A stretch of DNA of 54,941 nt from Rhodospirillales bacterium (GTDB lineage Bacteria; Pseudomonadota; Alphaproteobacteria; QKFK01; SZUA-500): contig QKFK01000141.1 in the NCBI GenBank assembly GCA_003252195.1, forward strand, positions 1-54,941, read 5' to 3'. The position numbers and the translations under genes were made by a program. Below the pieces are notes generated by a model. It was not told the DNA's origin. It ran no database searches and saw only the letters and a program-made list of their open reading frames with translations. Positions 1 through 8,948 of the stretch are shown piece after piece. Numbering within the stretch: the first letter of the stretch is position 1; the number at the start of each line of letters is the position of its first letter.

Positions 1-830
1 TTAGAATATGAACCAGCAGAAGAAAGCAGCTCAGAACTTTACAACAACGCTCTCAATCTTGATGAGCTAGGGTTAGAAGCCAATAAGATTTTGCAAGGAG
101 AAAGCTCTGAAGTATTAGACGCACTATTAAACCTAAATGGCTCATCTGGTGGTGCAAGGCCCAAAATAGTCGCCCTTGTATCAGATGACAAAAAAAGCAT
201 AATCCACGGCTATGAACATAAAGAAAATTACACCCCGTGGCTAATTAAGTTTGACTCATCATTAGATAAAGAAAACATCGGGCTAATAGAATATTTTTAT
301 TCCATCATGGCAAAAAACGCTGGTATAGAAATGCCAGACACGCATTTATTTCCATCAAAGAACAGCAAAGGGCATTTTGGGGTTAAAAGATTTGACCGTT
401 CTAAAAACGGGAAAATACACATACACACTGCTTGTGGCTTATTACACGCCTCGCACCGCTACCCTACCCTTGATTATGAGAATTTAATCAAACTAACTTT
501 GCGTTTAACTAAAGACGTTAGAGAAGTTGAAAAAATGGTTAGATTAATGTTCTTTAACGTAAAGTCTGGCAATAAAGATGATCATAGCAAAAACTTCTCA
601 TTTATGATTGATGAGCAAAGATGACACCAGCCTATGACTTAACGCCGTCTGAAGGTATCAACGGCGAACAAACAGCAATGGTGAACGGCAAAGGTAGAAA
701 TATAACAGATGATGACCTTATAACCACAGCCTCAATATCTGGCATAGAAACAACCAAACTCAAACACATCATCGCCCAGACCATTGATGCAATCGCTGAT
801 TATGACAAACTAAAGAAAGAGGTTGAATAG
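1..830 (+). pseudogene. hipA: HipA-family Ser/Thr kinase toxin, 5'-truncated by window edge and frameshifted
   Basis: Frame 1 is open from nt 1 and contains GGARPK, GVKRFDR and the catalytic-loop-like GNKDDHSKNFSF, with a stop at 622-624. Frame 3 (621-830) continues with TPAYDL, the motif that normally follows in HipA C-termini. A 1-nt indel in the A-run around 615-621 would fuse the two ORFs. Confidence 0.7.
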
Positions 831-961
831 ATAACAATATAAAGCCTAGATGAATACACCAAAGCAGCAGATCAATTCATGCGCTATGTCTGGGCAGGAG
901 TACTAAGCTAAATGGGCTTATGTGGCGTAGAGAGGCAGAATCTGAAATTTATATGTTTGAA

Positions 962-990
962 TAAAAAAAGACGGTTCGCTTGGACCGTCT
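962..990 (-). terminator. Rho-independent terminator closing the minus-strand RT operon (hairpin could also serve hipA)
   Basis: Stem agacggt (969-975) pairs with accgtct (984-990) around an 8-nt loop. The A7 run at 963-969 gives a U-run on the minus strand. Confidence 0.7.
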
Positions 991-1083
991 CTTGTGTCTT
1001 ATTTTCGGTTTCATTCAAAAATAAAACTCACGCATGTGTGTGGGTTGCATACAACCATTACCTGCTAAGCGAAGCGTGAATAC
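991..1083 (-). ncRNA. Candidate DRT3-associated structured ncRNA (only uncommitted space next to the RT pair)
   Basis: About 93 nt between the RT stop (1084) and the terminator. On the minus strand tcacgc...gcgtga encloses a ggttg-tatg-caacc hairpin. No ORF is present. Confidence 0.3.
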
Positions 1084-3156
1084 TCAATATACTTCCTGAC
1101 TTTGTTTTGTGTCCAGCTCTTTTCCAAAATTAAAGTTTTGCCAGGTAGTGAACCATAGGTGTTTTTGCCCCTCTTTATTTCGAAAGTTAAGAATATTATT
1201 CTGATCAGTATCTTCCTGAATATCGTATAGAGCCAGCAAGTATTTTTTTGTTGAACCAGAAACGAACGGGCATGACAATGTATCAAATAAAAGCATTGTT
1301 AGTTCTGCTTTTTTACCAATTAGGGCTTTGTTTTCAGAAAAATATCTCTTGATCTCATTTTCAATATAATTCCGAAGGCCAATGTATCTAACTTTGTCCC
1401 TCATATAAAATAGAAGAACCGTGTATGATAAATAGTTTAACTTTGATTTGCTTTGATATTTTTCATTTGCTTTTTCTATATTAAAATAGCGAGCTAAAAC
1501 ATCTTCTTCTAACCAATAATCTTTTCCCAATTCGGCTAGAGTGACTAATAAATATAGGGTTTCTACTTGTGTATGTTCACTGCTTTTATTTTTATCTAAA
1601 ATAAAGCAAGCATTGTCGTAGATGCTCTTGTAAATTAGGTGTCTGTGCTCTGAATTAATATTCTTGGGGCTCAAGAAGGTACAGAATATACGAATAATTC
1701 TACACAGCCGAATAGTTGTATTAACTTTAGGAGAAACAGAGTAAATAAAAAAAGCAAAATCTAAAATTGAAATTATTGCCTGTATAATTTGATTTTTAGG
1801 CCTGTATTCAGCAGTGGTTTTGGAATAATTTTTAAGCATCCGATCACACTTATTTTCAACAGTAGCCAAACTGTAATTCAGCATATCTTTATAAGACACA
1901 TTACATTCTTTGATAATCGTCTTGAATTGCGTGATTAGCTTATCTGACCTGATATGAACAGAGCCTTTAATGATTTTATTGTCACCGTCACCTTCTTCGG
2001 TTGTCCGGTAAACTATTTTTTCTTCCAATAGACTGGCGATTTTTTGTTTAGCCATAGAAATTTCTGTTATCAATGGCTTGTCGTAAATAATTGCCTTAGA
2101 GGAGTTTAAATACAGCTTATATTCTTTTAATGCATGTTGCAGAGTGTCTGTTATTTTATCTTTATCGTCTTCTTCATTATAAAAAATGAAGTAGTCATCA
2201 ACATATCGAAAAATTTCATAGTCAACGCGATTTTTGAGTTGATATTCGTTATGTAACTGAAGTTCGACTTTTTTATCGACCGACTGAAGGAGTATTTCAG
2301 CAAAAATTCTAGAAAACTCAGGGCCGATTATAATGCCATTTGTTTCATTGTAGTTCATATTTTGCATTAGACGATCAAACTTACCAGCAAATGTATCCTT
2401 ACTAGCCCCTAGGTTCTCTTTGACATAGGTTTTTCCTATCGTGGCCCAAGCTAATGAATGGGTGTAAATACTATCAAAACACTTAGAGATATCTAACTTT
2501 AGAAGTCTATTATATTTTTTCTCACAGCGGTGATATTGGTACGATTCATAAAACTTATAAATATTACTATAATTCTGATAAACGAAAAAAGACCGTAGAT
2601 TTTCATATTCTTTACCATCCTCTTCAATCAAAGGATCATCTTCAGATAAGTTCGCATAATGGGTGCGATCTTTGTGGAATTTATATTTTGTAACCTTAAC
2701 AGGTTTTCTGATAGCAAAATTACTTCCAGAGCAATGATAGATAATCGTTTCTTTGCAAGTATCATAAAAATCAACAACCTCAAGCTGGCTCCTTGGGTGT
2801 GGAACAGTTAGTTCTCGAAATTCTGCTTTTTTATGATTTATTTTATAAGCAAAAGGTATCAAGTCAAATTTCTTTAGCTTGTAGACATTGAACTCCTTTT
2901 CAGCAGAGCCTATGTATTTTTTTATTTTGTGAAAAGTGTTGTTTTTAGGTAAATCAAACAACAAACAAACGATATGATCTAATGTTGAGCACCCACTAAG
3001 CCATGAAACTTTACCGTCTTTGATTTCCACTTTGTTTTCCAGAAGGAAGTGATAGAAATGTCTGTTTGTAAAAGTTATAGGCAACTCAAAGGGCAAAACG
3101 TCTGATAAAACAGCCCTTTCTTTACGATATTTAAGGTTTATTTTTTTACGTCGCAT
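1084..3156 (-). CDS. Reverse transcriptase, second and larger RT of a DRT type 3-like pair (UG8-like by position and size)
   Basis: RT motifs LDISKCFDSI (A), GIIIGPEFSRIFAEILL (B-like) and FRYVDDYFIFY (YVDD, C), followed by a long helical C-terminal half. Overlaps the upstream RT gene by 11 nt. Confidence 0.75.
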   Translation of the reverse strand: MRRKKINLKYRKERAVLSDVLPFELPITFTNRHFYHFLLENKVEIKDGKVSWLSGCSTLDHIVCLLFDLPKNNTFHKIKKYIGSAEKEFNVYKLKKFDLIPFAYKINHKKAEFRELTVPHPRSQLEVVDFYDTCKETIIYHCSGSNFAIRKPVKVTKYKFHKDRTHYANLSEDDPLIEEDGKEYENLRSFFVYQNYSNIYKFYESYQYHRCEKKYNRLLKLDISKCFDSIYTHSLAWATIGKTYVKENLGASKDTFAGKFDRLMQNMNYNETNGIIIGPEFSRIFAEILLQSVDKKVELQLHNEYQLKNRVDYEIFRYVDDYFIFYNEEDDKDKITDTLQHALKEYKLYLNSSKAIIYDKPLITEISMAKQKIASLLEEKIVYRTTEEGDGDNKIIKGSVHIRSDKLITQFKTIIKECNVSYKDMLNYSLATVENKCDRMLKNYSKTTAEYRPKNQIIQAIISILDFAFFIYSVSPKVNTTIRLCRIIRIFCTFLSPKNINSEHRHLIYKSIYDNACFILDKNKSSEHTQVETLYLLVTLAELGKDYWLEEDVLARYFNIEKANEKYQSKSKLNYLSYTVLLFYMRDKVRYIGLRNYIENEIKRYFSENKALIGKKAELTMLLFDTLSCPFVSGSTKKYLLALYDIQEDTDQNNILNFRNKEGQKHLWFTTWQNFNFGKELDTKQSQEVY

Positions 3157-4492
3157 GCTTCCAGACCTTTACTATTCTTTTAAAGTCGTTAGCTGAAAAC
3201 TTGAAAAATCTCTTTTCGTTAAAGCCTTTCTTAAAGGATAATTCGGAAAGAGTTCTTTTTAACTTTTCATCTTCAATTAAACTAATTTGGTTAGTTAAAA
3301 AACTATCAAGTTCATCAAGACAGGATGTACTATTCATTAAAGAACATGAAAAATATATTCCAACAACGGCGTTCTTTTTGTTGTTAACGAGCCGAGTATT
3401 CCCAGTTAAAAAACGCACTCTTTCCAATAGGATGGATTTTGATTTGTTTTTATTAGATTTTACTGTTTTGTGATAGTCTTTAAAAGAAAGTTCGATCTTG
3501 TCCTTATATTTCTGAATTTTAGACTTTGTAAGCTTAATTTCAACAGAGCCATTGCCAAAGGTAAAATTATATCCCAAGTAATCGAGTGTTTTTTGTTCTG
3601 TACCATTGATCGATTTTGTGTGTGTTTTTTCTTTGTTAAGAGTTAGGCCAATATCGCTCAGGCTTTTTTTTACAAAAGCCAATTTCCGATGCACACTAAT
3701 ACTTGGATCTGCACTGCAAACAATTATAATATCATCTACATAACGAGCATAATATAAAACCTGCGGGCATTTTAGAATTATTTCGTCAAACTTCCTTAAG
3801 TACAATTCTGACAAATATGCGCTTATACCAACTCCCCTAGGTATTCCTGATTTTTCTCCAGATATTTGCTCATACTCGTGTAGTATTCTACGAATTATCT
3901 TTTTTGATGTAAGCGTGAGGAGCGGATCGTCGTTAAGTTTTTTTAATAAACGGCCCCTCGGGATGCTTTCGTAAAAGCTTAAAATATCCGTTCTAATAAT
4001 ATGTTTAGGTAGCTTATCAGAAAAAGTTTCTCTAAGCTGACATACAATATTGTGCCGGTTTCCTTGTTTAACCTTATATAGCTTACGAAGATTGTTTTGT
4101 ATTTGCTTTAAAGCAAAGTATGAAGTGGCATTCTTTTCGTAACCGTATGCTTTTTTTGTTTTTCCAACATCGATTTCCTTTAAGCCTAATGAAAATTTTT
4201 TTTCTGTTATAGAAGAAGCAATTTGCTCAAGTTCATTAGAAAGTAAATTTTCTTTTTTTTCTTTTAAGTTTAACTTCTTTTTGTATAGCTCTTCCTTTTT
4301 CTTTTCATATGCTTCAATAGAAGTGTTTGACTTGGTTTTCCTGTGCTGTCGTATTGCGACGCTGACGTCCTTGATTTGTTTTGTAATCTTCTCAACTTCA
4401 GGAAAGAATTCATCTTCCAAGTAGTTACCTTTCCTATTTTCGTAGTCGAAAATTTTTCGGAAATTTTCAGATGAGAATGATTGATCAAGCAT
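3146..4492 (-). CDS. Reverse transcriptase, first and smaller RT of a DRT type 3-like pair (UG3-like by position and size)
   Basis: Motifs IPRGVGISAYLSELYL, YARYVDDIIIV (YVDD) and LTLNKEKT. The ATG lies 3 nt after the Res stop, with an AAGGA RBS inside the end of res. Confidence 0.75.
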   Translation of the reverse strand: MLDQSFSSENFRKIFDYENRKGNYLEDEFFPEVEKITKQIKDVSVAIRQHRKTKSNTSIEAYEKKKEELYKKKLNLKEKKENLLSNELEQIASSITEKKFSLGLKEIDVGKTKKAYGYEKNATSYFALKQIQNNLRKLYKVKQGNRHNIVCQLRETFSDKLPKHIIRTDILSFYESIPRGRLLKKLNDDPLLTLTSKKIIRRILHEYEQISGEKSGIPRGVGISAYLSELYLRKFDEIILKCPQVLYYARYVDDIIIVCSADPSISVHRKLAFVKKSLSDIGLTLNKEKTHTKSINGTEQKTLDYLGYNFTFGNGSVEIKLTKSKIQKYKDKIELSFKDYHKTVKSNKNKSKSILLERVRFLTGNTRLVNNKKNAVVGIYFSCSLMNSTSCLDELDSFLTNQISLIEDEKLKRTLSELSFKKGFNEKRFFKFSANDFKRIVKVWKHAT

Positions 4493-4495
4493 TTT

Positions 4496-7462
4496 CTAAT
4501 TCCTTTCAGACATGGCCTGATCCACAAAAGTGTCATAATTACTCGCCACCATATAGCGAGCATCTTCACCAAGGGCTTTAAAGTGCTCATGCCCACAATG
4601 AATTTTGGCTTGCTCTACATCGCGCAGCATATCTTCGAAAACTGTGCCTTTACTTTCAACAACGAAATACAGCTTCTCTTGACCATCAAGTTCAAATAAC
4701 ACTGCCCAGTCAGGATTATATGATCCAAGCGGGGTATCAATTTTAAACCAGCCCGGAAGTTTTGCGTAAACTTTTACTTCATCATTCTTTTCAAAGGACT
4801 GAGCCAGGCCTGATTCAATATCTGAATCGTAGACCACATGATCATATGCTGACTTATCTGCTTCAATCATGTTTTTGTTCAGATATCCAATCAGTTCTTC
4901 GCTTTCAAACAGCTCCTGTCCGTAAAAATGCTCGTCACCAATTTTGTGGTATTTAATCCCATCTACGATAAATCGGCGCATTTCACGCTTAATAACTTCT
5001 TTCACCTCATCAATAAACTTCTGAGGGTTATTCTTAAAGTCGTTTAGGCGACCGCTCTTGATCAGGATATCAAGAATAGACTGGCGCTTCAGGTTTGTTT
5101 CATTTTGTAGGTAGCTTAAAATATCCGGTATCTGATAATCGCGAACATCATACAAATGGGTGCTTTCTTGGGCTTGGGTAACGGTTACTCCGCCTTTGCT
5201 GATTTCAGTTTTGGCGCGTGTGTAATTGAACTTAGTTTTTCCTACAATTAGGCTTTTCTGAATGCTCTCAGCGCATTTTTCAATAAGCTGGTCTGGGTCA
5301 AAATCGACGTTATAGACGGTTTTGTATTTGATACGATCCCACAGGTCTTTAAATTCAGGGCTATCAAATACTGCCTTATTCAAACGAACTGTGCGCTTAT
5401 CATCATTGTTCTTAATGTTGAGGACGCCAGCCATTTTCTTAAGCGTTGCGGTGATCGCTTCCCGCTGTTCTTCAAACTGCTCTGGAAGTGCTACAGTGTC
5501 TTCCTTCAAAGCCTTTTTCAGCTCATCTGTGACTTTGCCGCGTTGATCGATATATTTGCTTTCCAGTAAGTCATTCCAGATCGCCTCAGAAGCCTCCGCG
5601 CCAAGGAAGGTCTGTTCGCCGGTTTCTGTTTCAATAACGATATTGGCAAAACTGTGATCTTCGATAACGCCGAATTTGATGCCTTCCTCTTTCTCGATCT
5701 CTTTTTGTAAGCCTTCAACAAAATCTTCGTAAGATTCATTAGCCATGACGGTCAATGTATTGACGTCAAATCCATGAACACGCTCTCCATCCTGATTGAC
5801 GGATATACGAAGACCACGACCAATTTCTTGTCGTTTTTTGATGGTTGACTTCGTTTCATTCAGCGTACATATCTGGAAGACGTTGGGGTTATCCCAACCT
5901 TCTTTGAGGGCAGAGTGAGAGAAAATAAACTTCAACTTTGAATCAAAGCTGAGTAGTTTCTCTTTGTCCTTCATAATTAAGCTGTACGTATCTTCATCAG
6001 CCTTGGTCGTACCGTTGGTGTCTTTGAAGCCGTTTTTATCGCCAGAGAAATATCCGTTGTGAACAATCTCAGGAAGGCTATCTGTGTCCATGTCTGAAAA
6101 TAGGCTGTTATACTTTGGCTTTTTGATCGCCTTGGCATACTCTTCCTCAAACATAATGGCGTATTTGCCTTTTTGATCTGGCGCATCATAGTCACGGTAA
6201 TTTGCCACCTTATCGATAAAGAAGAGGCTTAAAACTTTAATGCCCATCGGGGTGAGTTTCAGCTCTTTATCCAAATGCTCTTCGATGGTTTTGCGTATTT
6301 GCAGACGTTTATATTCGTCCTCGCTCACATCGCCAATGGCGTGATGCAGGCGAATAATATCTGGCTTACTGGTGAAATCGATATATTCATTGCCTTCTTC
6401 GCAGTAAATATCATTGACCACATATCCGTCATAAATAGAGCGTCCGCCAGAAATACTCAGCAAGTCATCACCTTGCTTAACCCATTTCTCGGCGCGTTTA
6501 ACATTGCCTTGTTGCTGAATATCCAGTTCGATCTTGGCGCGATGGCCGTTTTTGTTATCTACGGCCAGAAGCTTGATATATGCCTTATTGTGTCCATCTT
6601 TCACCTGAATAGAAGCGACCTCAATCTGTTTCACCAGTTTTTGCTCATAGGCATCAATAGAATCCAGTTTATAAAGCATATTGTGCTTATCAATATGCGT
6701 GGCCGAATATCTAAAGGTACATAGCGGGTTGAGCGACTTGATCGCTTCAGCAGATTTGGCTGTGGTATCCACACTTTGCGGCTCATCAATAATCACAATC
6801 GGGTTGGTGGATTTAATAAAATCAATCGGCACGCCCTGCATTTTATCATTCCAACGGTGAATAATATTGGCGCTGGTTTCTTTTGATGGATCGGTAAAGC
6901 TTTTGCGGAACGCATCAATATTGATCACCATGATCTGGATATAATCATTCGTAGCAAAACTGCGGACTTGCTCTAATCGGCCCGAGTCATAAACAAAATA
7001 ATCAAACGGCACATTATCATATTGTTCGCGGAAGTGCGTTTCTGTCATTTGCAGAGATTTATAAACACCTTCCTTAATGGCAATGCTTGGCACAACAATA
7101 ATGAATTTTGTAAACCCGTATTTTTTATTCATCTCAAAGATTGAGCGTAAATAAACATAAGTCTTTCCGGTTCCTGTTTCCATCTCAACCGTGAAGTCAC
7201 GGCTTTTCAATTCTTTTGTTTGCTTCAACCCATTATTGAGTTGGATTTTACGAACATTATCTTGTATCTCTTCATCCAATAGACGTAGGCGGTTACCGAA
7301 ACCTTTGTCCGTTTGGTTGGTCAATGTTGCCTCGAACTCACTCGCCGCGAGCGATGGCATTGAGAACGTGGTTTTATTCAGCTCTTGACCTTCAAATATA
7401 TCAACCGCAGATTCCCATGCGCGGCGCTGGTGGTTCTGGTTTGGATCAAATTTAATCTTCAT
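4496..7462 (-). CDS. res: Type III restriction enzyme Res subunit (SF2 helicase plus C-terminal PD-(D/E)xK nuclease)
   Basis: ETGTGKTYVY (motif I), IIDEPQS (motif II) and a C-terminal PDWAV...VVESKG nuclease-like motif. 4-nt overlap with the upstream doc gene. Confidence 0.85.
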   Translation of the reverse strand: MKIKFDPNQNHQRRAWESAVDIFEGQELNKTTFSMPSLAASEFEATLTNQTDKGFGNRLRLLDEEIQDNVRKIQLNNGLKQTKELKSRDFTVEMETGTGKTYVYLRSIFEMNKKYGFTKFIIVVPSIAIKEGVYKSLQMTETHFREQYDNVPFDYFVYDSGRLEQVRSFATNDYIQIMVINIDAFRKSFTDPSKETSANIIHRWNDKMQGVPIDFIKSTNPIVIIDEPQSVDTTAKSAEAIKSLNPLCTFRYSATHIDKHNMLYKLDSIDAYEQKLVKQIEVASIQVKDGHNKAYIKLLAVDNKNGHRAKIELDIQQQGNVKRAEKWVKQGDDLLSISGGRSIYDGYVVNDIYCEEGNEYIDFTSKPDIIRLHHAIGDVSEDEYKRLQIRKTIEEHLDKELKLTPMGIKVLSLFFIDKVANYRDYDAPDQKGKYAIMFEEEYAKAIKKPKYNSLFSDMDTDSLPEIVHNGYFSGDKNGFKDTNGTTKADEDTYSLIMKDKEKLLSFDSKLKFIFSHSALKEGWDNPNVFQICTLNETKSTIKKRQEIGRGLRISVNQDGERVHGFDVNTLTVMANESYEDFVEGLQKEIEKEEGIKFGVIEDHSFANIVIETETGEQTFLGAEASEAIWNDLLESKYIDQRGKVTDELKKALKEDTVALPEQFEEQREAITATLKKMAGVLNIKNNDDKRTVRLNKAVFDSPEFKDLWDRIKYKTVYNVDFDPDQLIEKCAESIQKSLIVGKTKFNYTRAKTEISKGGVTVTQAQESTHLYDVRDYQIPDILSYLQNETNLKRQSILDILIKSGRLNDFKNNPQKFIDEVKEVIKREMRRFIVDGIKYHKIGDEHFYGQELFESEELIGYLNKNMIEADKSAYDHVVYDSDIESGLAQSFEKNDEVKVYAKLPGWFKIDTPLGSYNPDWAVLFELDGQEKLYFVVESKGTVFEDMLRDVEQAKIHCGHEHFKALGEDARYMVASNYDTFVDQAMSERN

Positions 7463-7899
7463 TCTGCACCTCCCTGAATAGCATTCAGGATTTTTAATTT
7501 TAAGTCTTCTTCTTCATCCTGCTCATTCAGGACTGCCACAATAATTTCCCTTAGGAGATCTTTATCAATAGCCCCAGAAGCCACATGATAACTGACATTC
7601 TCCATTTTTCTTAAAAAGCTCCCAGAGCAATACATATAGCCATTCAAAAGTAACATCTGGGCTGCCAGTGTGATGGCAATTCTTTTGTTCCCATCTTGAA
7701 AACAATGAAATTTGCACGCACCAAAAAACAAATGCGTTAACTTATCTTCAAACTCGGGATAATAATCATCATTCTGTATATGCTCCAGAACAGAGCCTAA
7801 CTGTTGAACATCAAGAAACCCCAAAGCACCACCACCACTTACTTCGATAGTTTTAGCGTGGGTTTCTTTTGCTTGTTCAAGAGTGAGATAAATTGTCAT
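7459..7899 (-). CDS. doc: Doc (death-on-curing) / Fic-fold kinase toxin family protein
   Basis: FHCFQDGNKRIAITLA matches the Doc variant of the Fic motif, HxFx(D/N)(A/G)NKR. 146 aa. Confidence 0.8.
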   Translation of the reverse strand: MTIYLTLEQAKETHAKTIEVSGGGALGFLDVQQLGSVLEHIQNDDYYPEFEDKLTHLFFGACKFHCFQDGNKRIAITLAAQMLLLNGYMYCSGSFLRKMENVSYHVASGAIDKDLLREIIVAVLNEQDEEEDLKLKILNAIQGGAE

Positions 7900-8934
7900 C
7901 TATTCTCTCTCCTTCAAGCGCTTCATAACATCCTTAGCGTCTTCTAATCGTTCCTGAAGATCTTTGCTTTTTTCGCCTATAAATCGTTCAAAATCTTCTT
8001 TCTGAATAGGAGTTATGTATTCCTTTAGCTGATGATGCAGAGCATCCCTAAACGCCAGATCACGGCTAGCCATTTTATTTCTTGCTTTTTCAATCAAAGG
8101 TCGCCAATGTGCTTTATTTTCAAAATCAGAGAATACAGCGTCCACTTCGGAGCTAGAAAGAGACCTCCCCGCTTCAGTTGCTTTACGGCGTATTTCATCA
8201 GCAAGTCCGCATTCAAAGGAAGAAACCAGGTCAAGAATTTCAGAGTAAAAAGTATCGCGTGTATTATCATTGTTATGCAAATTTAAGATTTTTCTATATT
8301 CATCCGCATTTTCCTTAAAAATGGCGACATATATTTTATTCGTATAGACAGGGTACTTAAAATTTCCCATAGCAACACAATCTTTCAGTGCATCAGTAAA
8401 TTGCTTCCGATAGTTTTCTTCGGCAAACCAAGAATGAATAAAGTCTTCATCGCGCTGGTTTATATATTTTGTGCCCCCACCCGTACGCTGGTTTATAGTA
8501 TCAATTACGATATCAAGCATTGTTTGACGCAAAAGTCGTGCACGCTCATTTTCTGATAAAAGCATGGCAATATTTAAAAAAGCCCGAATATCAAAAACAC
8601 CTAGCTGAGGAGAAGTTTTAAGGTTAGCGAAATCAGTTTCGTTAACACCTGTTGACAAAATAGCATCTTTCAATGATTTCAAACGTTTACCAGTCAAAAC
8701 CACATAACCGTTACCAACCAACTCTCCTTCATTTTTTGAAATATAGTTATCAATTGTACGGGGCGTAACCTCAAAAAATTGTGCAACCTGTTCCTTCAGA
8801 ACCACATGTTTTCCCTCAAAAGGAATTCCATTAATGCCTACAGCCCGCTCTATTTCCTGCACAGCATAAGGGTTATTCAGGATATTCTGGCGATCAATTC
8901 TAGAAACTGTAAGGTCTTTTTTTCCATTTATCAT
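7900..8934 (-). CDS. Hypothetical protein with N-terminal HTH-like segment; occupies the antitoxin position upstream of doc
   Basis: VLKEQVAQFFEVTPRTIDNYI looks HTH-like. 344 aa, and its stop directly abuts the doc start. No Phd-like small ORF is present. Confidence 0.5.
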   Translation of the reverse strand: MINGKKDLTVSRIDRQNILNNPYAVQEIERAVGINGIPFEGKHVVLKEQVAQFFEVTPRTIDNYISKNEGELVGNGYVVLTGKRLKSLKDAILSTGVNETDFANLKTSPQLGVFDIRAFLNIAMLLSENERARLLRQTMLDIVIDTINQRTGGGTKYINQRDEDFIHSWFAEENYRKQFTDALKDCVAMGNFKYPVYTNKIYVAIFKENADEYRKILNLHNNDNTRDTFYSEILDLVSSFECGLADEIRRKATEAGRSLSSSEVDAVFSDFENKAHWRPLIEKARNKMASRDLAFRDALHHQLKEYITPIQKEDFERFIGEKSKDLQERLEDAKDVMKRLKERE

Positions 8935-8948
8935 GACGACCCCTCCCC

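Noticed and set aside
3655-4265. T8/A8 homopolymer tracts in the first RT gene as phase-variation switches
   Set aside because: They encode Lys-rich stretches and are expected at this frequency in very AT-rich coding DNA. No frameshifted copy or alternative ORF supports switching.
1084-4492. Retron, group II intron or Abi-type single RT
   Set aside because: Two consecutive overlapping RT genes is the DRT3 hallmark. No intron domain structure or maturase/endonuclease domains are seen, there is no msr/msd-like inverted-repeat pair flanking, and there are no retron effector genes.
6275-6724. 149-aa plus-strand ORF, along with similar ORFs at 4762-4956, 5322-5546, 7191-7388, 8032-8286, 10017-10469, 11415-11723, 12723-13007, 14100-14318 and 18105-18344
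   Set aside because: All lie antisense inside long minus-strand genes with clear motifs. Their products are low-complexity or hydrophobic, as is typical of shadow ORFs in AT-rich DNA.
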